Assembly: GCA_020633995.1 (NCBI GenBank)
Contig: JACKCO010000003.1
Span: 4,441-68,440 of the forward strand
Length of the DNA stretch: 64,000 bases
Source: Campylobacterota bacterium
GTDB taxonomy: Bacteria > Babelota > Babeliae > Babelales > RVW-14
Reading direction: 5' to 3'
The number at the start of each line of letters is the position of its first letter. Positions within the stretch are counted from its first letter, which is position 1. Below, in pieces: positions 37,668 through 46,100 of this stretch. The notes beneath the pieces are model-generated. The model was not told the DNA's origin and did not search any database. It worked only from the letters and a program-made list of their open reading frames with translations. Made by a program: the position numbers and the translations under genes.

Positions 37668-38975
37668 ATGCCACCCCCAAAATCCCTTAAAACCAAACAC
37701 CCCCGTATGGTTACAAAAAAAAGAAACGTTTTTCTAACACTCCTTTTTTGTCTTTTTTTATGCCTCAAGCCAATTCATTGCAGTGATGAAACTATTTCTG
37801 CATACGACATAGAGTCAGTCGATACAGATAATCTTGATCGAGAAATAGCACGTCTTACGCACGAACTCAACACAGCAGACTACAAGCAAAAACTTGAAGA
37901 CAGCATCTGTGGCAGTCAGCAGCAAAGTTTTAACAACACCATCCTGGCAAGCAAAACTTTTGACGATGGCAAAACCCGCTTAACCCTTGCACTCAAAAAC
38001 AGTGATCTCATCCTTGGTAGTTTTTTGTTTGCTGAACTAGCTTTTTCATGGCTTGTACAGCAACAGTTTACGCAAATCATGCAACAGCAGCTGATCACCA
38101 AACTCATAGCCTTACCCAATGAACTTGAAACTGATCTTGAACACCTTGCTGAGTTACAAACAACAGAAGGCAATGATGAAACCAAAAACCATGTAACTGA
38201 GAAACTAGCGACATATTTTTTGCCTGAGTTCTACTCAAAAGAGTATGCTTACACGATTGGCGCAAGCATTGCAAACACACTTTCACTTCGCCTCTCTCAG
38301 ATATGGCATGACAATTTTCTGCTTACACGAAGCAGCAAGGCGGAACATCTTGGCTGGGTGGCGTTTTTATCTGTTATCCAAGCAGCAATAAAAAGAGCCG
38401 ACCTAAAAAAAGAAAATCTACAAGAGAGCATTCGCTTTGTTGCACCGGCTCTCATGCCCCACATTCAGGAACTTGATAGTGTTCATATCTCGTGTTTTGA
38501 CCTCCTGCAAATACTCTGTCCCGTACAACTCACGCCCACCAACACCATGGTCAGACTTTGTGAACTGCTTAACAGCAAGCTCTGCCCAGAAGACAGCCTA
38601 TTGCAAGTTTTTAATAGCACGTTTGTTAAAGATATGATTCAAACGTGTGGTTTTGTGTGGTCAATCCAGACACAAAATAAACAAAGTGTTCAACGCTTTA
38701 TCCAAGATATAACGCAAAATTATCCCACCTATCAAGGGCTTTTAAAAATAATTCATACCAAAAATGCACCTACCAAAGCATTGGCGTTACATGAACTTTC
38801 CCACATCGTTGAAAAAACCCTAAATAAGCCGTTTTTTGCTTTACTTGACCAACAAAACAGAACCGCCTCCCTAGGCAAAGTTCTCGTCCTTGGACCAATA
38901 ACACTGATCTTAATTCTTCCAATTGTTATAAAAATGATACCAGCAATTACATCATACCTGAGGCAACTAACATGA
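37668..38975 (+). CDS. Short paralogue of the tail-anchored partner protein
   Basis: 435 aa with a signal peptide. FNNTILASKTFDDGKTRLTLALKNSDL matches the 836-aa protein. Has a terminal TM. Its TGA overlaps the next ATG (ATGA). Confidence 0.85.
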   Translation: MPPPKSLKTKHPRMVTKKRNVFLTLLFCLFLCLKPIHCSDETISAYDIESVDTDNLDREIARLTHELNTADYKQKLEDSICGSQQQSFNNTILASKTFDDGKTRLTLALKNSDLILGSFLFAELAFSWLVQQQFTQIMQQQLITKLIALPNELETDLEHLAELQTTEGNDETKNHVTEKLATYFLPEFYSKEYAYTIGASIANTLSLRLSQIWHDNFLLTRSSKAEHLGWVAFLSVIQAAIKRADLKKENLQESIRFVAPALMPHIQELDSVHISCFDLLQILCPVQLTPTNTMVRLCELLNSKLCPEDSLLQVFNSTFVKDMIQTCGFVWSIQTQNKQSVQRFIQDITQNYPTYQGLLKIIHTKNAPTKALALHELSHIVEKTLNKPFFALLDQQNRTASLGKVLVLGPITLILILPIVIKMIPAITSYLRQLT

Positions 38976-40429
38976 AAAAAATGACGCTCACGATTCTTAT
39001 ATTTTTTAGTCCTTGTCTTGCCAGTGAAGGAACCATCCAAACGTTGCTTCGCGGCTATACTGATATGGTCACAAGAAAAATAGAACAAAAAAAAGAATAT
39101 CAAAAAAAAATAGAGGATCTCGAAAAAAAAGGTAATGCTGATAAAGAACTTGACCAAGCAAGAGAGGAGCTACAAATCATCTCAAACTGGTTGGTACACT
39201 GTGACGAAACAGTCATGCAAAATGGCACCAAGTACCTTGAAAACCAAATAGGTATAAGCGAAAAAAAGATTGAAGGTGATATCCGAATCAAGGAAGCTGT
39301 GGCAACGCAGCGAGAAAAAAGTAGAGAATCACTAGAATTTTATAAACTATTGCTTAAACCTAAAAGCCTGGGCAAAATATCGCTTTTTGCCAGTCTGTTA
39401 GGTGGCAGTTTGATCAGTGCCTACTTCGCGAGCAAATTTTTACATACATACCTTGAAACACAGATTGGTAGGCCAAAACTCATACGTGACTCATCCATCT
39501 ACCAGCACACAATCTGGAGCATGCTCAAAAAAACATTTGGCGTTGAAGTTGAGCAAGTCAGGGATGCCATTTTCTCGTTCGATAATCTCATTCTTCCCCA
39601 ACAACTTACGCACCAGTTAAGGCATTTTGCACAAATCACCAAGAACAAACATCTTTTAGGCCTGCCTTACCAGCACATCATGCTTCACGGCAAACCTGGA
39701 ACAGGCAAAACTATGTTTGCACGGATTTTATCCTACTTTTCAGGCATGGACTATGCCATTATGTCTGGCGCCGATTTTGCACAGTTTAAAAACGGCGAAG
39801 ATATTGCTGAACTTCACAATTTATTTGACTGGGCCGAACAAAGCAAAAATGGCCTCATCATTTTTATAGACGAGGCAGACGCGGTGTTTAGAAACAGAAA
39901 GTTTCTTGATAAACAGGGCATAAACTTAATTGACGCATTCCTATCTCGCACTAACGCAAGCTCCAAACACTTCATGCTGGTATTTGCAACAAATTACCCT
40001 GAAGACATTGACTATGCAGTTTCAAGCCGTATCAACAAAAAAATTAACATTCCACTCCCCGGTCATGACGAGCTTGTACGTATGCTCGAGCTCTACATAC
40101 AAAAATATTTACGCGACGATATCCGTGTTGTTGCCACGGAAGGACAAGAAGTAGAATTTGCCTTGACTATTGACGCTGGTATTGATCATGAATTTATCGT
40201 ACAAACGGCTAAGCTTATTGAGGGCTTTTCCGGTCGAGAGGTTGATCAATTTATCGATGAAATCAGATCAAATGCCTATGGGACTGATGATCTGACGGTA
40301 ACAAAAGAACTCTTCATTGAAGCACTTTATGACAAGCTCTCACAACACAACGAAAGTATGGCTTGGCAAGAAAAAACAACACATATTCAATTGCCTAACA
40401 TTTTACCATTAGCACCATCAGCAGCATAA
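38972..40429 (+). CDS. ATAD3-like AAA+ ATPase 3
   Basis: Signal peptide, coiled coil and TM. [86 protein letters not shown]. Confidence 0.9.
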   Translation: [485 protein letters not shown]

Positions 40430-40544
40430 ATCTATTGTTTTTTTAAGACCCTCGTGGTACATTTTTTACATGAGGGTTCACACTCATAACATGGTTGCGT
40501 TCGGCACAAGGCACTGTTTATTTTTTCAGGAGGAGAGGAATATT

Positions 40545-41153
40545 ATGAAAAAGAACAGAGTAATCTACTGCACACTTGCAATATCTGCATTAACAAACAT
40601 TAATACCCATGCAAACATGTTTTCCAATATCCGGGAGCAAATCAATCAAGAATTTGACCGAATTGAAACGCTTATCGAATCAGAACTTAATGCCCTAGAG
40701 CAACGATCTATCGTCCCCGAACGAGAAAAAACTATATCTCTGGCTGCTTACAAACCGCAAGAGCAATGGGATCAGGACCAATCAAATCTGACGATCAGCA
40801 TCCCACTCCCAGGCTTCAAGCAAAAAGATATTTCAGTTACCATCAGTGAAACGCTTGAAAATGAAACAGTAACCAAACGTACCCTTGACGTATTAGCTAA
40901 GGGTAAGGTAATAACCCAAAAGCACGCGATTTCCAACAAAGACGGACACACCACGCAAACCCATGCAGAACACCATGTCTCCGCGAAAACTTCTTTCTTG
41001 ACCAGTGATGGACGCTTACAAAAAATTTGCTACACAGACGGCAATGTACAGCTTAATCTTCAGCTCCCAGAAGGTATAAACACCCAGGGGTATGAGATGT
41101 CTTTTGAAAACGAACAACTAACGTTGCTATTTAAAAACATCAACAATACCTAA
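40545..41153 (+). CDS. Signal-peptide protein with an Hsp20/alpha-crystallin-like domain
   Basis: Strong AGGAGGAGAGG RBS before the ATG at 40545. NLTISIPLPGFKQKDISVTISE and VQLNLQLPEGINTQGYEMSFENEQLTLLFKN fit the ACD pattern. Confidence 0.55.
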   Translation: MKKNRVIYCTLAISALTNINTHANMFSNIREQINQEFDRIETLIESELNALEQRSIVPEREKTISLAAYKPQEQWDQDQSNLTISIPLPGFKQKDISVTISETLENETVTKRTLDVLAKGKVITQKHAISNKDGHTTQTHAEHHVSAKTSFLTSDGRLQKICYTDGNVQLNLQLPEGINTQGYEMSFENEQLTLLFKNINNT

Positions 41154-41301
41154 ACCAAGCCATAAATAAGCTCTACATTCTGTACAAATCATTGCTTTTT
41201 AAATACCAAATTGTGTAGTCTAAAGCCATAACAAGACTTAGGCCAAACAATTTTTCACTCACTTACCAGTAACCCTCAGCCTTTCAAAAAAGGAGTATCT
41301 C

Positions 41302-41577
41302 ATGCAGAAACTACGCGGAACGTTTATGGCACTACTCGCAGCACTAAGCCTTTGCTCACCCCTAGCGGTACGAGCAGAAGCTACAAATGATGAACTTATG
41401 GATAAACTTGAAGAAATGCACAATGATATAAAAGAGATCCGTAATCATCAACAAGAAATGAAGAAAAAATGGGAAGAGAAAAAGGAAAAGTGGAAAGACA
41501 AAAAGGGCAAACACCACAAGGCTAAAGGTAAGGGCAAACACCGCAAAGGCAAGGGCAAAGGCGGATCCTCAGACTAA
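41302..41577 (+). CDS. Small secreted Lys/Gly-rich protein
   Basis: AAGGAG RBS and signal peptide. A short helix, then KKWEEKKEKWKDKKGKHHKAKGKGKHRKGKGKGG. Confidence 0.7.
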   Translation: MQKLRGTFMALLAALSLCSPLAVRAEATNDELMDKLEEMHNDIKEIRNHQQEMKKKWEEKKEKWKDKKGKHHKAKGKGKHRKGKGKGGSSD

Positions 41578-41605
41578 AAACCGACCACTCATTCTCAAAA
41601 TTGGT

Positions 41606-41639
41606 ATAAGCCTCAGGGAAATCTCTGGGGCTTATTTTT
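41606..41639 (+). terminator. Rho-independent terminator
   Basis: 13-bp stem ATAAGCCTCAGGG/CTCTGGGGCTTAT plus a T run. Confidence 0.75.
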
Positions 41640-41714
41640 ATTGGTACCCTCCCCTCATCTCTGTTATTTACCGTATTCGGGAACCAAATACGCCCATTTT
41701 ATTTAAATTTCTTA

Positions 41715-41754
41715 TTGAAATTATTGACTTTAGGGTCTGAAGGTATGGTAAAGT
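41715..41754 (+). promoter_or_regulatory. Conserved promoter-like motif, copy 1
   Basis: TTGAAATTATTGACTT, then 19 nt after TTGACT, TGgTAAAGT (extended -10-like). Confidence 0.5.
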
Positions 41755-41945
41755 CTTATTAGAGCAGTAGAAACTATGTAAAAAGGTAAAGGAAAATAAC
41801 GATAGGAGGGCTTTATTATTTAAATACTATTTATTACTAAATGTTAATAAATAGGGGGAGAATAATAACCTCCTGCCGTTTCTGGAAAATTAACGTTTTA
41901 GAAAAGAAGTATATTAAAATCCCAAAATAATAAGGGGGGAACCTT

Positions 41946-42896
41946 ATGAAAAACGTACGCAACATTATAACACTACTCGCAAGCCTTGTGCTTTTTGCAG
42001 GCAGCGGGCTCAGCGCAGCAGAAGCAGTCACTAAGGCTGACTTTGATGCACTTGCCAGCCAAGTACAAAGCCTTGAAAGCATCATTGAAAAATACCATAA
42101 AGAAGTAGAAGGCTTTGCAAAAACTTTTGAGTCACAACTGACTGACTTTAACGAAAGCGTCGATGAACTCCAAAAAACTGCAAGCAACATTGAAACTCAG
42201 GTCGATGAAGTTCAAAAAGCTGCTTCAGAAATCGAAGCTGCACCATCTTCAGCACCAGCAGCGGCCCCAACTCCTGAAACACCTGCAACCGCTGAAACAC
42301 CTGTAGTTCCTGAAACACCTGCTGAAGCTGAGAAAAAAGAAGCTGCAGCCAAAGAAGAACAAGAGGAAGAAACTGGCCGTGGTCGCAGACGTACTAGCAG
42401 ACGCGGAGAACGCGCAAGCAGCCGTGGCGAAGCCGGAGCAAGCGCACGCGCTAGTTCTCGCGGCAGCCGAAGAGGTGCTCGCGGCGAAGCTGGCGAAGCA
42501 ACTGGACGCGCTAGCAGAGGCGGTCGTGGCAGACGCGGTGGTGAAGAAGCTGGTAAAACTGAACGTGCCGGCCGTGGCAGCAGAGGCGGTCGTGGCGCAG
42601 CTCGCGGTGAAAGCGCACGCGGTAGCCGAAGAGGTGCTCGCGGTGGTGACGCTGGCGAAGCAACTGGACGCGCTAGCAGAGGCGGCAGAAGCGCACGCGG
42701 TGGAAGCGCACGCGGTGAAAGCGCACGCGGTAGCAGACGTGGCGGACGTGGTGAACGTGGTGGCGACAGCGGCAGAACTGCTCGTGGCAGCAGAAGCAGC
42801 GGACGTGGCAGCAGAACCAGAACTCGCGGCGCAGCAGCAGAACCAGCAGAAGAAGCCGAAACAAAAGAAGCTACAGATATGCCTGACGAACTATAA
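41946..42896 (+). CDS. Secreted protein: coiled coil, Pro/Ala/Thr linker, long Arg-Gly/Ser-Arg (RGG/SR-like) tail
   Basis: GGGGGGA RBS and signal peptide. Heptad region, APSSAPAAAPTPETPATAETPVVPETPAE, then about 165 aa of SRRG/RGG/ARGE repeats. Confidence 0.85.
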   Translation: MKNVRNIITLLASLVLFAGSGLSAAEAVTKADFDALASQVQSLESIIEKYHKEVEGFAKTFESQLTDFNESVDELQKTASNIETQVDEVQKAASEIEAAPSSAPAAAPTPETPATAETPVVPETPAEAEKKEAAAKEEQEEETGRGRRRTSRRGERASSRGEAGASARASSRGSRRGARGEAGEATGRASRGGRGRRGGEEAGKTERAGRGSRGGRGAARGESARGSRRGARGGDAGEATGRASRGGRSARGGSARGESARGSRRGGRGERGGDSGRTARGSRSSGRGSRTRTRGAAAEPAEEAETKEATDMPDEL

Positions 42897-42938
42897 TTTA
42901 GATTTAAAAAGCTACACTTGAAACACACTCTCTACACT

Positions 42939-42983
42939 CAGAACGGAGGTCGGTAATTTCTATCGACCTCCGTTCTGTTTTTT
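42939..42983 (+). terminator. Rho-independent terminator
   Basis: 14-bp perfect stem CAGAACGGAGGTCG/CGACCTCCGTTCTG plus T6. Confidence 0.85.
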
Positions 42984-43157
42984 GTATTGGCATAATCTCG
43001 ACTTTAATCGGTAATTTATTTCTAGATAAGTTCTTTAACACACCTTCCCCAAGCAACATAAACAGTCAAACACTTGACCATATGGCAGCATCTTTTGCTA
43101 AGGTGCAGAAAACAATCTGAAACAAAATTAAGTGTTTATCTATATAAGGGGAAATGT

Positions 43158-46100
43158 ATGCTTCACACAGGACAAAAAACAAGGTTCTCAAGCATCCTTC
43201 TTTTGCTTTTTGGTTTTCTTTACCTACCCACAACAGTTTTTGCCCAAGAAGAACTTAACGAAAATCTTTTGACGGCTGTTGTTCGCCAGAGACTGAGCGG
43301 GGTCCAACAGGCGCTACGCGCTGGCGCTGACGTTAACGCGTCAAACAGAATTGGCTCTGCACTCGTTAATGCAGCATTTTTGGGCGGTGATGATATTGTT
43401 TTAGAATTGCTTAATGCGGGGGCTAACGCAAGCGCGGCAGAAAGCGGTACCAACATTAGTGTGCTCGCACATGCTTTTACCGCAGTACTACCTGTCAGTA
43501 CTCTTGAACGTATTTTACAAGCAGGCGCTGATGTTAACATGCAAAATACCATCAACGGATCATCGGTCATGCACTTGGTGATGAGATACGGTCAAAACTA
43601 CTACGGTGATAATAAAGATGCAGTTTTAACCGCAATTCTTGCACAAAACCCCAACCTCAACATTTTTGATAACCAAGGAAAGACCCCACTACATATTGCC
43701 TTTGAAAACGAAAACGCTGGAGATTTTGCAACATTGATCAGTAACGGTGCCGACGTTAATGCTAAAGCTCAAACGGGCCAATCAGTACGCGAATTATACG
43801 ATGCACTCATACAACAAGGCAGTACAACCCTAACCCCTAGCACACAACAATTTCTAAAGGCAATCGCCCAAGATATGACACGTCAGGCACCTGGCAGACC
43901 ACAAAAAACTCCAGAAGAATTAAGTCAGGACTTGCTAACTGCTATCAATGTAGGAGATCTTAATCTTGTTCGACAAGCACTTGATGATGGCGCTGATGTC
44001 CAAACAAGTGATCGTTTTGGCTCTGCACTTTTTAATGCTATTCTTTCACCAAACCGTTCAGACAACATCATCACTGAAATCATCAACCGAGGTGCCGATA
44101 CCAATGCGCGCCGCCCTCGCTCTGAAGAGTCTGCTTTAATGCTCAGCCTACTTGAGGGAATTTCTATTGATATAATCAGACTTTTACTCGCTAACGGTGC
44201 TGATGTCAACTACCAACAATCACGCTTCTTCAAAGAAACTGCCCTACACATTGCTGCAAACTACCCTCAACTCAATATTTACCCAAATAATAATCAAGAA
44301 ATAATTCAACTGTTGCTCAATAATAATGCAAACCCCAATGTTTTTGACCGATCAAAAAGTAGCCCACTACACATTGCTTTCTACAACCGAGACATACAAA
44401 CATTCTCGCTTTTAATGAACAATGGGGCTAATCTTGACGCCAAAGCCGAACGTGGCTTATCAGTACGCGAATTATACCAAGACCTCGTTGCCCAGGCACC
44501 TGCAGACGCTAACACACAGAGCTTTTTAAAAGCTATTGCTCAACATTTTCCATCACCAAGAACCCCTGAAGAACTTAGCCAGGATTTGCTGCAGGCAATT
44601 GAAGATGGCAACCTTTCAGACCTCAGACAAGCCCTCAATGCTGGTGCAAACATTGAAACAGCAGACTCAGATGGCACTGCACTACTTAATGCGATTACTT
44701 CCCCAAATATGTCACCAGACATCATCGCCGAACTTGTCAATCGAAACGCAAACGTCAGAGCAGTTGTCCCTCACACGCAAGAGTCTGCACTCATGCTTGC
44801 GCTCCTTGAAGGGCTGCCTCTGGCAACCATCAGGCTGCTCGTAGAAAATGATGCTGACCCCAACTATCAACAACCAAGTTTTTACCGCGAAACAGCCTTG
44901 CATATCATTGCAAACCATGAACAACTCAACATTTATCCAAATGATAATAATGCTGTGCTTCAGCTTTTACTCGATAACGGTGCAAACCCCAACGTCTTTG
45001 ACCGCTCCAATAGCACCCCACTGCACATCGCCTTTTACAACCGAAGTGCTCAAACTTTTTCCGCGTTGGTAACTGGCGGTGCCGACCTTGACCAAAAAGC
45101 TGGACGTAACTTGTCAGTACGTGAGTTGTATCAAGACCTTGTTGCACAAGGCCCAAGACGACCTCAAGAGCAAGGATTTTTAAAGGCTATTGCATCACAC
45201 TTCCAGGCACAAGCACCTCAGGCTGTCCAAAAAACACAAGCTGAACTTGATCAGGCACTGCTTGATGCCATCAATGCTGTAAATATTAATGATGTCAGAC
45301 AAGCACTTAGTGATGGCGCAAATATTGAGGCAAAACGTAATGACATGCCTGCTCTTTACTACGCCGTCAGCATTGCACGCAGCAAATTCCAAAACAACCA
45401 AGACCACACGGGCATGGATGCAATCATCAGTGAACTGATAACGCGCGGTGCAGACGTTGATGCAATGGAGCGTGGCTCTGGTTATTCAGAACCATACTTA
45501 ATGAAAGTCGACGACAGTTACGGAATCGTCCGAGAAGGCCCTATTGGTGCCGCTCCAAGCACACTCGCCCTATTGCTTAATCGGACCACAATAATCAACA
45601 CATTCTTTCAAGGTTCATTCTTAATCAATTTCGTTCGAAAAAATGAAACCCTTTATACCTCCGCCCAAATCGAACAAATTTATGATCTCATTTTTGCTTC
45701 AAGCGTTAGTCCAGCGGCCAGCCTCAACCTTTCTGATAACTCTGGCATAACAGCACTGCATCAGGCCTTTAGAAACAGAAGCGTAATTAACGTCAGAAAA
45801 CTAATAGAAAAAGGTGCCGACATTAACTACGCTGTAGGCCAAGGAAGAATTCCACCAGTACTTGATCTTTACAACCAAGACCGTCAAAGCACTGACCCTG
45901 CTGTGCAGACATTTATCAAAGCTGTTGCACAGTACTTCCCTGCTCCACAAAGAACTCAAGCCGAGGTTAACAAAGAGCTTCTTGATGCTATCACACGCAA
46001 TGACTTAAACACAGTGACAGACCTATTTGCAGGAACACCCGCTCCAGAAACCGAAACAACCAACAATGTTGGAACTGCCCTTGCCAACGCCGTTACACAG

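Noticed and set aside
38753-39157. 134-aa minus-strand ORF spanning the partner-2 / ATPase-3 junction
   Set aside because: It is antisense to two well-supported coupled genes and has Phe/Ile-rich low-complexity composition.
41841-41930. 29-codon upstream ORF, SD-like boxes (41804, 41853, 41932) and an anti-SD CCTCC (41869) in the long leader of the RGG-tail gene
   Set aside because: The uORF has no properly spaced RBS, and the possible SD/anti-SD pairings are only 4-5 bp. There is insufficient evidence for a leader peptide or riboregulator without conservation or structure probing.
42212-42928. 238-aa minus-strand ORF and a 180-aa second-frame plus-strand ORF (42379-42921) over the RG-rich region
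   Set aside because: Both are shadow frames caused by the GC-rich, repeat-biased coding sequence of 41946-42896. They lack an RBS, and their products are Pro/Leu/Arg or Ala/Val homopolymer-like. The 41946 frame has an RBS, a signal peptide and a terminator.
43074-43157. TTG/GTG-initiated N-terminal extensions in the ORF track (also 9904, 6135, 13680, 27107, 19476, 40470, 9721 and 4225)
   Set aside because: In each case a downstream ATG gives a canonical signal peptide or canonical protein length, in several cases preceded by a recognisable RBS, and the extensions have no protein-like features.
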